The notes: a model not told the origin generated them from the sequence alone. DNA of 64,000 nt from Chiloscyllium plagiosum (GCF_004010195.1 NC_057728.1:45902229-45966228); one strand, 5' to 3'. Shown: positions 49,783 through 63,965, counted from the stretch's first letter. Numbers and translations: made by a program.

Positions 49783-52099
49783 GTATCTACCACTCTCACT
49801 AAATCTTCTCTGACTTGCGGTCACCCTCACCCTACAAGCATGCATGCCCTGTTCACTGCCTGCTCACTTACTCAGGACAGCTCACCATCTTTCCTCCAGT
49901 TCCACCAACACCAACAGTTGTGCCACCAATTTAGATCTCACTCAATGATTTTTTTTCTCATTCCAGGAGAAAACTGCCCCATAATAATGTGGAGTGAACC
50001 AAGCTGCAAGACCGAGTGATGGGACTCCTGACATCTCACTTGTCATTCTTTATAAACGGAGGATCTTGTCCCTGATTGGTGAGTATTGGGCCCAATCCTG
50101 TTGAGATGTTGAAATGTCTATGTCGCAGCAACTGAATAAGAAGCAATTCCCATTGTTGTGCTACTCTCCCATTATTCTCATTGTGAATGGATTACCATAG
50201 CACAACCTCTACCCCTTGGTCATGATGCATAATCTCTTTTGTCTTCTGCATATATCAGGAAGAGGTCATTGGTCTCTGAAGTCAAGAGGGCAGCACCACA
50301 ACACATCTCCTCCATAATGGATGCGTCAGAAGAAGCACCGACAAGAGTACCTCCTTCACACTCCACCAGCTGAGATATTGACACTTTGCTGGGTATTTCA
50401 TCCAGATGAGAGTTGGTAGGCCTGTGATAGACCCAGTATGCCTGGACCCTTGATACACAAGTTTTCCAAGGTTAATGAGCTCCACAGGAGCGCAGTCCCC
50501 CTCTCACACACCTGCGGCACTGAGACATAGTGGGAGGGAAAGAAGACCTTTTGACGGCACATAAATGGCAACACTGACGCAATGTAAATAAATAATTACA
50601 ATTGTAAGTACAAGTTAATTTATCTTCAACCAAGTGCATGAATGTCTGTCTTGCCACAATTACAATGTTGAAGCCATACTGAGCAATATACAGTGTTTCA
50701 TGGTCCAAGATGTTTCATGAGCCACTCCTGCACCATGTGCAGGCAATTGATAAATTGCAGGATCTTGCTACTTTGTCAATTTGACTCCATCTTTCCAGGT
50801 AGACAAACATTGCTATTACATCAATGGCATTAGAGGGTTTGATTCATAATGTTGCAAGATCTGGTCAAGAGTGCTTGGGCCAAGGGTTTGTAGTCCACCC
50901 AAGAGGTTAATGCTTAACATTCATAAATGTGCTTATTTTATGGGTATCGGTATAATACTGTTGTCCTTTGAAGGGCTTCTCATTGCTTGACATTGAAGCT
51001 GCCTCCATCACAGAAGGCAACATTTAACCCACGCACTTTAATGTGATCACAGTCATTTTCATCTTCATTATGCACTTACTATTTACAGCATGATGGAAGA
51101 CAACAGCAGTCGCTCCTCCAGCAGTTAGTCTCAGACTCAGGCCCCAAGCTCAGTTCTCACTATTGGTGAACCTCCACTTGTAAACATTCCCATTGGCTTT
51201 GAACTTCACTAAGTCTTCATCTACCAGTTTATTCCCCCAGCCCAGAAATATTGAATAAACATGCCAAATCTCCTGCTAGCTCCCCAAAGATAGGGTATTC
51301 CCAGCTGTTGACTACTCCCCCCACCCTCTGCAACATACCTTTCCCTTCAATGTTCTGTTGTCTCCTCCCTTTTTATAGTGTCACCCCATTCATTAATTCT
51401 AATCCTCTCTGCATTCCAGCATTCTAATTCAAACCCCCACAATTAAATACCCCAGTTTCCCCACATTGTGAGTGACCACATTCATGTCTTCCCACAACTT
51501 CCAGACTGGTTACAATGGCCCTACAAGGCGACCATAGCCCACTCCCAAAACCGTTGAGGATTAGAAACAGTTCCTGGAAGGGACTCTCTACCATCATCTC
51601 AGGGCAAATTGTGATGGGTACTAAATGCAGCCCTTCATAACCATCCACATTGAGATAATGCATTTTATACATTCTTTTCTTCATTGAATATTCTATAGTA
51701 CTTATTGGTTTAATTTAATTTTCAGATAAAATTACATCACTCTTAAGCACACATTTAATATAAGCCTTGCAGTTTACTAAATGGATACATTGAATGCTGG
51801 TTAATATGCAGCATTTTTCTCACTGAACTATCTCTGTATGGTGAAATTTTAGTGCATACTTTTCTAATCAACATATACTCCTGAGAGTTCAAGTCATATC
51901 ATAGTGCATTACTATCTGCTCTACAGTTACTGTTCCAGCAGATATTATAGGCTTCCAGATGCTTTGTACATTTATCCAGGGAGTTGGTGAAACTCAGTGA
52001 TTAGAAAATGTTTTAAAATTGATCCCTGTATTGTGTTGTTTTATATATTTTACTGCTTCTTAAATTCATTCATGGGACAGGAAATAAATGGTGGCCAAC

Positions 52100-52385
52100 C
52101 AGTGATGCCCATGTACAATACCTTGCATTTATCCAAATTGAACTCCATCGCCCATTTTTCAGCACATTGGCCTATTTGATCAAGACCATTTTATAATCTT
52201 AGAAAACCTTTTTCATTATCTACTATGTCATCAACTTTGATGTCGTCCACAAATGTACTGACTATGCCTTCTATACTCTCATCCAAATCATTTACATAAA
52301 TGACCAGCAAAAGAGGATCCAGAACCAATCATGGTAGAAAATTCTCTGGTCACAGACCTCCAGTCTGATAACCAACCTCCACTAC
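52100..52385 (-). mobile_element. CR1 RT internal fragment
   Basis: Antisense GPLLLVIYVNDLD...FVDDIK-like segment. Confidence 0.65.
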
Positions 52386-53244
52386 TCCTGTCTCATGTTG
52401 ATTGTTGACTAGATGAGGTTTATTTCTTGAAAGGGCATTGTTGACCCAACGGGTTTTTACAACCCTCCAGCCATTGCTGATTGCTGTCGTTAGGCTATCT
52501 TTTAATTCCACATTTCCTTTCAACCAAAATGGCAGAATGGACAGTGTAATAACCCTCAGGAAAACTATGGCTAGGATTCCTGCTCCGGATTGTATTCCAA
52601 TAATTCCTGCCTAATCTGTGGATATTGTGACAGTTGCCCTATCCCTTCAAGATGAATAGGTGGTCAACAGCAAATACTAAGGCTCACAGGTGAATAACAA
52701 TAAGAAAAGAACATAAGAAATAAGTGCAAGAGTAAACCTTTTAACATGGTGAGCCTATTCTACCATTCAAACTGATCACGGTGACCTTTAGTCTCGACTC
52801 CACTTTCCCAGAACCTTCCATAACCTATGATTCCCTAAAGGACCAAAAAGACCCATTTGTCTCAGCCTTACAAATATATATTCAATGCTGGAATATCCAC
52901 AACCCTCTGGGGGAGACAATCCAACGGTGAATAATCCTTTCTCATTGTCTCAGTTCTGATCGTCTCAGTTCTACATTATTATCCCCTTATCCTAAGACTG
53001 GGCTCTCATATTCTAGATTCACCAATCAGTGTTATTAAAAGTGGATTATCAAATTTAAACTTTCATTATTTGACTTTAATGCCTGAGATTTTCATGGACT
53101 GAAACATGATTTTACCAAAACTTTTGCTCATCTACAATTGCTGCTATAATCGGATGACATGTAACATTTAAAACAGGCAGCCTAAGAATTGCCATTTTAA
53201 TCAAGAGACCCTGAAACTCTGAGGCATCAAAGAATTGGAATCTC

Positions 53245-53415
53245 TCACAAAAACAGATGCTGCTGGGAAATCTGTGTTGGTCTGGCAGCACCTGTGAAGA
53301 GAAACCCAAAACGTAAGCTTTGATTTCTCTTAACAGATGCTGCCAGACCTGCTGAGCTTTTGCAGCAACTTCTGTTTTTGTTTCTGATTTACAGCATCCA
53401 CAGTTTTTTTGTTTT
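53245..53415. mobile_element. foldback (inverted pseudo-LTR) Penelope-derived short element
   Basis: Imperfect inverted arms; perfect 12-bp TSD AATTGGAATCTC at 53233-53244 and 53416-53427. Confidence 0.75.
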
Positions 53416-53810
53416 AATTGGAATCTCATGTTAACTCATATTTGCATAATAGTTTCACACTTTAGAGATAAAATGTTGCCTTTTAAATGTATAGTTTGAA
53501 AAGACAATGGAGCAACACAGGTACTATGTGATTTAACTGTATTCCAATAGATTGTGCTGAGTAAAAATAAACATAGATGATAACAGGAAAGATAAGGAAA
53601 GCTCTTCTCTCTCTCTGGCCAAACAGCAACTTGGAACAACAGTGATGATTCAGCAAGAAATCAGTGGCATCTCCAAGCTTCATTATTCCCGAGGAAGCAA
53701 AACAACAGCTAAATAGTTCAGACTTAGCTTTCAGTCTAGCAGCTCAAAGATTAAAAAAACTGTAAACTGCAACTGCCGTTATCATCCAATTGATATTAGA
53801 TACCCAGTCT

Positions 53811-54223
53811 AGGCCACCTGCAGCCCTCTGGACTCAATATCAAGTTCAATAACTTTAGGGCTTGACCTCTCCCATGCCCTTACCCCAACCCCCACACCAG
53901 GCCTTGTTATCACATGGTCTGCACACTACTGCACATGACCCATTGTTCTCCATGAACGGTCCTCATTAACAACTATTCACCCTCCTGACCAAATCGTTAT
54001 TCACTCCTTTGTTATTCCAACTGTTCTTTTCTCTCTTTGGGCTCTATCCCCACCTATCATTTACTCCTTACTTCCTTTCCCCACCCTACCGTTTGCATAT
54101 AAACTGCCATTTTCTTAGTTCAGTTCTGAGGACGGGTCACTCGACCCGAAACATTAACTCTGATTTCTCTCCACAGATGCATGTCAGATATGCTGAGGTT
54201 TTCCAGCAAATTCTATTTTTGTC
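53811..54223 (+). mobile_element. Penelope-like element 3' end with hammerhead motif
   Basis: GHLQPSGLNIKFNNF ORF end; hammerhead at 54122-54159; 15-bp TSD TTAGATACCCAGTCT at 53796-53810 and 54224-54238. Confidence 0.83.
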
Positions 54224-54445
54224 TTAGATACCCAGTCTCCACCCTTCTTTGTAAGTGTACCTCTCCCCACCCTACCGTTTGCATATAAACTGCCATTTTC
54301 TTAGTTCAGTTCTGAGGAAGGGTCACTCGACCCGAAACATTAACTCTGATTTCTCTCCACAGATGCATGCCAGATATGCTGAAGTTTTCCAGCAAATTCC
54401 ATTTTTGTCTTAGATACCCAGCCTCCACCCTTCTTTGTAAGTGTA
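54078..54445 (+). repeat. tandem duplication, 186-bp period, each unit carrying a hammerhead motif
   Basis: 54078-54259 is repeated at 54264-54445 with a few substitutions. Confidence 0.92.
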
Positions 54446-55993
54446 TTCACTTTCCTGTATTCTGTGTGTATGTGTTGTCATGTTTTATTACTGTGTTCAG
54501 GATAGTAGTGATAAAACTCCATTCTATCGTTTACTCAAGAATGCTTTGGAACTGACTGTCCATTTTTGATTTGATTAACTAAGGTTAATGGAAGTGTGAT
54601 AACTGCATGCTGATAGAAGGAGAAAAGCTCTTGTGAAAAATGAGACAAGGTTTAAAAATGGGGTAGTCTTAACCCCTCCTCACCACATTGTAAGAGATTT
54701 GGGAGCTTCACAAGCGAGTGAGAGCATTGGAGTGGGGCATACAAATTGTTCCTTCAAAACTGGTATGGAGAAAGAAACCTGCAAAAATGTTTTCCATAAT
54801 CTTTTTCTATTAAAATTGCCAGATGTTCACATTTGATGTGAATGCTGTTATAGAGCAAGACAAAATAACCCATGTTAGTCTAAAAGCCTTGTCCTTGGAA
54901 GAATATTAGCTAAGCTTGGAGAGGTGGAGTTCCACACAAGTACCAGGACAAGAGAAATTGAATAATGGTTGGCAAAATATCTGAAGATAAAACTGAAGAA
55001 TAATGAAACAAGCAAATTTAAATTGTAACAATTAATATTAGAATGGGAATTTCAGCAATAACAAAATGAAAGCATTCCAAGAGATTGAGAGCGAGAGGCA
55101 GGAAAGTGAAAAGGAGATAATCTGGGAAATAAAAGAAAGAGATTTTCAGGCACAGGAGAATTTAAAAAAAGAGAAAGGAAATTAAATTACGATACTTCAG
55201 AGTGAAAAGAGAGATTGCAAGTAGCTCTAGTATGAGACCACACTTGATGCTATGTGATTTGTATATCGTTTATTTTAGAGATTGGATATTGAACTAGTGG
55301 TTTGTGGGTTCTGGTTTGTGTGCATGGGGTTTAATAACTAACTTATTAATCTTTCTAGAGCCATGATGTTTTTAAGCAGTATAAAACGATGAGATCTCCT
55401 CGACTGATAATAATAAATGGCTGATAATTCAGATACAGGAAGCATAACTTGCTCTCAGTTTAGAGGAACCAGGAATTTACTTTCTTGCTGAAGCAAAGAA
55501 CTTCTGCAATGGAGCACTTTGCTTTCAGTTCAAAGAAATCATGGTTGAAGATGGATGTAAGAATGGTATCTCCTAGAGAGAAGATTAATCCAGATCAGTT
55601 AGGAAATAGGTTACCTCAGTATAAAGGTTTTAGCTTGAAATTTCAGATCAGAATTGGTTGGTTCGGACCCTGAAAGGGTTATTTGAAGCTGAGCAAATCT
55701 AAGCAGAATAGTGTTAATAATCAAGGAGAAGGAAATCAACTCTCAAGACTAGAAAATGGAAGAAACAGATAAGTCAAACCTTTAGATGGGATAGTGATTA
55801 CATTTCTAGTTAGGTGCTTGCTTTTGACTGGCGCAGACTTGATGGACCTAAGGGCTTTTGTCTTGTTCTGTTGACTTCTATGAGAAGGGAACTCTCTAAT
55901 ATTTGAGTACTGTGAAGTGATGTGTTGGATTAGATGGGATTGTATTTTCACTGTTTCAGAATCTTTCAAATTATGTTATCCATAAATAACATG

Positions 55994-58169
55994 GTTAAAA
56001 ATCACACAACAGCATGCTATCGTCCAACAGGTTTATTTGGAAGTACTAGTGCTGCTCCTTAGTTATGGAGCTGTGGAGCAAGATCAAAAGACATAGAATT
56101 TATAGCAAAAGATTACAGTGTCATGCAACTGAAATAATATATTGAACAAACTTAGATTGCTGTTAAGTCTTTCATCTTTTAAAATGGGTTGCAGATTTCA
56201 GTTCATTAATATGTAAATCCAAGAACTTCTTTTAAGTCACATTCTCAAGATAACATGGTTTTATAAGTAAAAAATGACATCACAGCTCAGACAATGCCTT
56301 AATGGTGTGAGGTTAGAGTCTGTCTGTATCCCAATCTCAAGTCAGACTGGTTCTATTTCCAAAGTAGGAATTCATAAAATGTCACATGTATTGACTGTTT
56401 GCAGATTGTGTGCTTTTTGAACAAAATAGAATGCGTCTGCAAATACAATTCTGCAATTGCAACTTCACCCCATAGACTTATGTGCGTGTGCGTGGGCATG
56501 AGAGAGAGATAGAGCGAGAGAGTGAGAGAAAGAGAAAGAGAGAGTCAGTGTGTGTGTGCAAGTGTGTGAAAGACTGTGTATTTGCATGTGTGTGTGCTTG
56601 GTAGAGTGTGTGCGTGAGTATGATGGAGTATAAGCCTGTCAGAGGGTGTGTGCATGGGTGAGATTGTGGTGTGTGTGTGTGAGAGAGAGAGAGAGATGGT
56701 AGTGCAGTGGGGTCACCTGTAGTGTGACATGAACACAAGATCCCAGTTGAGGCCATCCCCATGGGTTCTGAGCTTGGCTATCAACCTCTGCTCGGTACTG
56801 TGTATCGTTGAGTATCCTGAAGTCTGCCTTGGAGGATGGTCACCCAAAGATCCGAGGCCGAATGTCCCTGACTACTGAAGTGTTCAGCGATGATGAGGGA
56901 ACATTCCTTTCTGTGATTGTTGCGTGGTGTCCATTTATCCATTGTCATAACATCTGCTTGGTCTGCCCAATGTACTATGCCTCAGGGCATCCTTGCCTGC
57001 AGCATATAGGATAGACAACATTGGCTGAATCACATAAGTATCTGCGGCATACATAGTGGATGGTGTCCCCATGTGTAGTAGTGGTATCCATGTCAACACT
57101 CTGACAAGTCTTGCTGTGGTTGCCATGACAAGGTTATATGGTGTTGTGATCGACTTGTGCTGATGGCTGGGTGGTTTGCTGCGAACAATGATCTGTTTAA
57201 GGTTTGGCCTTTAAACAACTACACACACTCACACATACTCTCTCTCTCTCTCTCGCCTGCATACACAAACATATAAGTCTAGGGGGTGAATTTGCACTTG
57301 CGGAATTGTATTTGCAGACACATTCTTTTTTGCTCAAAAAGCACACAATCTGCAGGCAGTCAATCCATGGAACATTTTATAAATTCCTACTTTGGAAATA
57401 GAACCAGTCTGATTTGAGATTGGGATACAGACACACACTAACCTCACACCATTAATGCATTGTCTGAGCTGAGATGTCTTTTTTTAAATAAAACTCTAAG
57501 TTATCTTGAGAATGTGACTTAAAAGAAGTTCTAGGATTTACATATTAATCTCAAATCAGACTGGTTCTATTTCCAAAGTAGGAATTCATAAAATGTCACA
57601 TGTATTGACTGTTTGCAGATTGTGTGATTTTTGAACAAAATAGAATGCGTCTGCAAATACAATTTTGCAATTGCAACTTCACCCCATAGACTTATGTGCG
57701 TGTGCGTGGGCATGAGAGAGAGATAGAGCGAGAGAGTGAGAGAAAGAGAAAGAGAGAGTCAGTGTGTGTGTGCGCAAGTGTGTGAAAGACTGTGTATTTG
57801 CACACTAACCTCACACCATTAATGCATTGTCTGAGCTGAGATGTCTTTTAAATAAAACTCTAAGTTATCTTGAGAATGTGACTTAAAAGAAGTTCTAGGC
57901 TTTACATATTAATGAACCGAAACCTGCAAAACATTCTAAAAGATGAAAGACTTAACAGCAATCTAAGTTTGCTCAATATTTTGCTTCAGTTGCATGACAC
58001 TGTAATCTTTTGCTATAAATTGTATCTTATGATCCTGGTCCACAGCAATCTGATGAGGAGCAGTGCTCCAAAAGCTAGTACTTCCAAATAAACCTTTTGG
58101 ACTATAGCCTGGTGTTGTACGATTTTTAATTTTGTCCACCCCAGTCCAACACTTGCACCTCCACATCAT
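55994..58169 (-). mobile_element. Penelope-like element: GIY-YIG endonuclease remnant (~56715-57200) between inverted pseudo-LTRs
   Basis: Minus-strand translation CDSANVVYPICCRQGCPEA*YIGQTKQML...GLNWDLVFMSHY. 55994-56480 is inverted relative to 57270-58130. Flanking repeat CATAAATAA(C/T)ATG at 55981 and 58167. Hammerhead-like CTGATGA-GGAGC-AGT-GCTCC-AAAAGCTA at 58050. Confidence 0.85.
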
Positions 58170-58371
58170 AAATAATATGATTTATTCTGATTTATCTTTA
58201 TTCCACAAAAGAAATAAACAAATCTGCAATGTTGGGCGCTTATGGTCATTCCATGAAAATAAGAAGGAGAAAATATGATCTACCAAGTTGGATTTTAATT
58301 TGGGATCTGATTTACCTAGTCATAAAATTATCTGGGATCATAAAATCAAATTCAGACTCTTGACTAAAATA

Positions 58372-58502
58372 GGAGAAAGCGAGGACTGCAGATGCTGGAG
58401 TTCAGAGCCAAGAGTGTGGTGCTGGAAAAGCACAGCCAGTCAGGCAGCATCCGAGGAGCCGGAGAGTTGACGTTTCAGGCATAAGCCCTTCATCCGGAAT
58501 CA
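58372..58502 (-). mobile_element. 131-bp Penelope-derived hammerhead element (core mutated)
   Basis: Same family as 45953-46087; perfect 13-bp TSD CTTGACTAAAATA at 58359-58371 and 58503-58515. Confidence 0.85.
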
Positions 58503-59279
58503 CTTGACTAAAATATTCAAGTTGACCAATTTGACCTTTAAGTTTGAGGAGAAAGCCTTCTTTCTCTGTTCTGAAGGATTGGAGTTAGAATAAAGTGTCC
58601 AATCCATTGCTGACACAGAGCAGGTTGACAAGGAAAATACACAAAGTCTAATCCCTCTTACCTGAGGGAGTATCACTGACCATGAGGTAGCAAAAAGGTC
58701 TATTTTAAGTGCATAATATTAATGGTGCTTAGGCAAAAAAGTACCTTTTAAGAAATAGCATGACCAGGCATACCAAGAATATGAATAAACAGCTCTGCAC
58801 TTAACTAATACATAATGGCACTTTATATTGAAGTCACTTATGAAAACTCCGCCAAGCATTCAGAAATCCTTTCCAATTCATACTCATGTCGATGAACAGA
58901 GGACCAAACCCAGACGGGCAGGAATCTTGACTAATGACCATAAGTTCACACACAGGTCCATCACCTGAGGGAAAATGTGTGTTGGAAACTATCACAGAAC
59001 AGAAAGAGAATGAGGGTGAGGTAAATACTTCAGAGATCAACCAGAGAAAATAGGGAGGACAGACAGACAGAGGCTAAATTGTCAGTGACCATTAAAAGGT
59101 GGGGAAAACATCCCAAGTGCAGGGATAGAAAGGATAATTGTTAGTTTTGTCATTCCCCATAAACTCACACTGCAGCATTAAAGGTGGTCGGTGTCTGTTC
59201 AGGTATGACAGTGGACTCTGCTGGCTATCAGGTGTTTGTATCTAAAGGAATGTCACTAATGATCATTACAAACAGAGAG

Positions 59280-59525
59280 AAATTAGCATTGTCCAAGGCA
59301 CTGAATGCTCACAGATCTTGTTAGTGTGGAAAATAAAAGGTCTTGCACCTGGATGCAAATTCAATTCCAGTGTTCTGATACCAAGGATCATGGAAAGAGT
59401 ACAGAAATGTCGCTAACTAAAGTTTATTTAGAAAGTGAACTCATTCTGGATTTGATAACAGTGGACGTTGTCCAAAATTTACCAGTGTCTGATATTTTAC
59501 CAAGGAATGATTCATCTGGCAGCAA
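59280..59525 (+). mobile_element. possible Gypsy (Gmr1-like) gag-protease remnant
   Basis: KVYLESELILDLITVDVVQNLPVSDILPRND resembles the protease C-terminal ...V.VV..LP....LLGND pattern; highly decayed. Confidence 0.35.
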
Positions 59526-62500
59526 AATACGCTCCTTAAAATCAAAAAGCACAGCCAAGAGAAACTGGGAAGGCTACAGAAAGCCAGAAGTTGGAAAGCC
59601 ATGAACTGGCTACAGGAGGTTCAGCAGTGCTACAGGAGGCCAAGATGTTTGACTTTTGAAGTGGTTTAAGAAGGGTGTCTTGAATTAAACCAAATGGGAA
59701 GCAGCGAATAGGCTGGGAACTGACAGAGGTTTGGGAGCATTACAGGGGACCAGTAAGTCCATAGGATTGGAGGTCATCCAGTAAAGTCACTTGATTCAAA
59801 CAGAGTTGAAATCAAGCCAGTCCCATCAGAAAGCAGTAGGATAGATCCAAAAGGAGTTTAGGCCAATAGCCATGAAAAGGAAGTCTGGGAGGGCTAGGGA
59901 ACGTGACAAAGGATGATACTACACCAAAGATCCTGTTAACATTTATCTTCTTGGTAAAATGACAAGAAGCCCAATAGAGTTCTCCACAGGCCAGGAGAAA
60001 GCTAAAGTGATGCCTCACTGAGTGGAAGAGCAGCAAATGTTGAGAATCCACCTGATGGCAGTTTTGTTCAGGGAAAGTAGAGCAGATTCATGAAAAAACC
60101 ATTTCCTAAACCCCAAGAAAAAGGAAGGGAACACAGCCGCACAGCAAATACCACTGGTAGGCACCACAACAGGCACACCAGTGAGCTAATACACACTGGG
60201 AGATGCAAGGAACAGAACCAAGTTACAAACCTCACTCAGCCACATCAGGTTAATGTAAAGTTAAATGTGGGTGAGATGCATGACACAAGTCCAGAAAGAA
60301 ACTGTAGATTATTATCCACTAACCTCCTGGAAATTAAATTTGTAAAAATGCTTAGCTCAGTACATGGATTAAAGAAGTGAGCAGTGAAGGATTAAAATAT
60401 GGGAATGTAACACAGGGATTCTTAATTATAGATACTAGTACATTTGTTCAACAATTGTTAAATTAACTGGTTTGTAATGTTTTGGTTTCTCTCTGAAATA
60501 CTTAGTCGACCCATTGGAGAAGAAGAGAGGAAATGGATAAAGAAGATTGCAATGGCATTTTTTTTCCAAACATTTATCACTATTCCTAATTAGTTTTGTA
60601 TGTTTGCTTTCTATTTCAAGTTCCCCTCCCCCCTACACAATGGTCTTCTACATTTAAGGTACTGATTTGTATCAGGTCAATGACTTTTAAACCATTTTGG
60701 TTTACCGATCTTCTTTCAAATGAGCAAATGATTGCAATTCCCACTCTCTCAATTATAATTTTATATAGTACATCCATAGAGAAACATCTACTGCTAATTA
60801 TTTAAAAGCAACAAATTATCTATTAATCAGTAAAAGAGATATGCCTGCTTCTCATTGTTGAATGTTACGCAAAGAAAGGAACTTGAAGGTTCCAATTCTG
60901 AAAAGACACTTGTAAAATAAAAGCCAACATTTTTTATTGCTCATAGAGAAATGGATGGGATGGTAAAATTAAGTTTCCCCACTATACTATTAAAAATCCA
61001 ATGTAATTAGAAAACAGAATTTGATTTCTTCTGTCTGATAAAACATTGAACTTACACAGGACTGGAAGATCAGCTGACGTGAGTTGAGATTAGTTTGATG
61101 TCTTTGGTGCATCTAATTGAATGGTAGAGCACCAATATCAGATGCTCCAATTTCTGTTAGCATTTGTAATATCACTCCCCAAAAGCCCTTTAATCAAAAA
61201 GCTCAGTGTCTTAAGTAGTCAGTCCTGAATGGCTCCATGGTGATGATACAATTTTCGCTCCAGGCACCAAGCTCTGGGTAGTCTCACACATTGCCCATTG
61301 GTAATGACGGCCCCATTGAGTAAGCACTTAGTCAATATTTCACAGGCTACCAGAAAGTCTCCATTCATCTCCAATAATCTGTTGACCCCACTTTGAGACA
61401 CATAGCGCTGAGATGGTTCCACAGCGAGATTAAACAAATAGCTGTATTGTAAATTTTTCATAAGAGCAAGTGGAGAAACAATTTGAATGGTCCTATCATG
61501 AATATTTGAATAATAATCCCAGTTACAAAGATCTAGGGCTAAGACTAGAAAGGGAAGTTGAGTTGTAAAATGTGCTGTATGTTTACCTGTTCCTAATCCT
61601 AACATCCCAATAGAGACCATTCTAATCATTTAAATAAAATCCATAAAGATAGATAATCTTTCAATTATTTGAATGAAGTACAAACATGGAGCCCTGCGTA
61701 TGGCTTCCTCCCACAACTATCATTTCTTCCATTTGAGCTTGGATGAAAAGTTGCATTGACTTCTAGCACTTGATGATCTTGTATATTCAACCATTATTTG
61801 TTTGCAATAGGTTATTCTCTGGTAACAATTTATTCTGCCCTTCAAAAGAATCATACTTTGGTTGTTGTTTCAAAATATAAAGATAATGATAATTCTGAGC
61901 AAACCATCAAACTCAGAATAGAGCATGAAGAGTAAAGATACTGTCTGACAAAAAAACAAACCTTCAGATATTCATGGAAAACTCATGCTCAAAATGTATT
62001 GTGCTCTGACCAAACTACATTCAGTTCTCATTATTCACAAGGGATAGGAGCATGGATGACCCACGATAACAAAAAATAGTGGATACCACTCCTATGTACC
62101 ACAAAATGGCAATCGGTTTATCATAGCAGAGCATGTGAGACAATGGCGAAAAAAAATAGAATCTGGGGTCCATCACATGAGTATACAGATCTGTGGGTGG
62201 CAAATCAGTGGATATCGAGGATTGAGTATACATCTTCAAGTTTTGCTCAGTTAGATTCAAGACATTTCACCACTTTGTGCAGTTCAGTAAAAGCCAAGAG
62301 ATTGACTCTTGGAAGGCTGTATTTTAAGATTGGAGATATTTGTGATTTGCAGCCTTAAGGCAGAGATACAAGCATAAAAGATAGCCAGTGTTTCAAGAAA
62401 GGTAGATCAGGAACATCACTTCCAACAATACTGCGACAGCAGGAGAAACAGGACCCAAGTTCAAACTAGAAAATTATGACCAATATCAGGAATATTCAAA

Positions 62501-63184
62501 TAAAGAGTGATGTACATATTGAATAAACATCCGCTAGGACAGTAGAGGTTAAAAAAATTATGTTGAAGGCTGCACTATTGGACAATGGCAACTTTATTTT
62601 GGAAGGGACCTCCAAGTTTTCTTGGAGTTTTTCTGAGCTTGCATTGTAAAATCCGATGTACTCAAAGGAAAATTCTTGCAAACAGAATATTTTTATATTT
62701 CTGCAACCTTTCAGCTGACAGAGTCTCACACTTAATTCTGATCTTTCCCATTCAGAAGCTAGACAAAGGTTGGATGCTGCACAACATTTGGAGATTTATT
62801 TTTGCCCCATATAGATCCTCGCAATAAAATGCGTGTGGTCTATTGAATACATTGAGGTATTTAAAAGATACAGAGTCAATCAAATGACAGCAAGCGAGAT
62901 TGAAGAACACTGACCTTTCAGATAAAGGTACTAATGTAGTGCTAGCCTTTGCTGTTAGGGGAAGAAAATAATTTTTAGATGCGAATTCAATTTTTTTCAT
63001 CTTGCGTGATATTACTCTCAACTTGGTACATTGGTGATTAAATATAACTAATGGTATTAAGTATTGTGAAGTCACAGTCCATGCAAGAATTTTTACACAA
63101 GTAAAATACTAAAAAAACTGAAATAAGAGCAAAACGAAAGCTGAAGAAACTCAGCAAGTTAGACAGGATCTGTAAAGGCTAACA

Positions 63185-63400
63185 GAGAACAACAAATTCT
63201 GGAAATCATAGTGGGTGAGGTAGCATCCATGGAGAGAGAGCAAACTAATGTTTTGAGTCGAGATGACTCTTCATCGGATGTCATTGAGACTTAAAATGTT
63301 AGCTTGCTCTCTCTCCATGGATGCTGCCTGATCCACTGTGATCTCCAGCATTCGTTGTTATTGGTGCAAATTCCAGTATCTGCAGTAATTTGTTCCTACA
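63185..63400. mobile_element. foldback Penelope-derived short element with decayed hammerhead
   Basis: Inverted arms GCATCCATGGAGAGAGAGCAA / TTGCTCTCTCTCCATGGATGC; minus strand CCGATGA-AGAGTC..GACTC-AAAAC. Confidence 0.65.
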
Positions 63401-63630
63401 AGGTGATCAGAGAGCTAAATTTAGCAAGATGTGGCAATCTCACTCAGCATAGAATGTTTATATTGAAGAGTTTACAACAGACCTGAAAGCCACTACTGGT
63501 TGAAACTTTGTTTTTGATGCTTGTGTTATGAACTTTTTAACTGTACATATAGCTTTTTTCTTCTTTTATGTAATAAATATATCTTCTGTCATTAAAAAGA
63601 AACTGACTAAAATTTTTTTTAAAAGTTAAT

Positions 63631-63965
63631 GGGTGGTGCAGTGGCTCAGTGGTAAGCACTGCTGCCTCACAGCGCCAGGGACCTGGGTTCGAGTCCCACC
63701 TCGGGCAACTATCTGTGTGGATTTTGCACATTCTCCCTTGTTGGCATGGGTTTCCTCCAGGTGCTCCAGTTTCCTCCCACAATTCAAAGATGTGCAGGTC
63801 AGATGAATTGGTCGTGCTAAATTCCCTGTAGTGTTAGGTGCATTAGTCAGGGGTAAATATAGGGTTGGGGAATGGGTCTGGGTGTGTTACTCTTTGGAGG
63901 GTCGGTATGGACTTGTTGGGCCAAAGGGCTTGTTTCCATACTGTAGGGAATCTAATCTAATCTAA
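63631..63965 (+). mobile_element. HE1-like SINE
   Basis: Full-length, with B-box GGTTCGAGTCC and (AATCT)n tail. Confidence 0.9.

Noticed and set aside
60048..60061. Further CTCF-like words (also near 23858 and 26337)
   Set aside because: Mismatches at core positions and probably inside decayed repeats; expected by chance.
61241..61282. Antigen-receptor J-like peptide DTIFAPGTKLWV
   Set aside because: Lacks the first Gly of FGxG, has no recognisable RSS upstream, and there is no Ig/TCR context.
61219..63075. Cluster of 70-136 aa ORFs, possibly a decayed gene or viral insert
   Set aside because: No motif I could recognise in the frames examined; would need a tBLASTx/HMM search.
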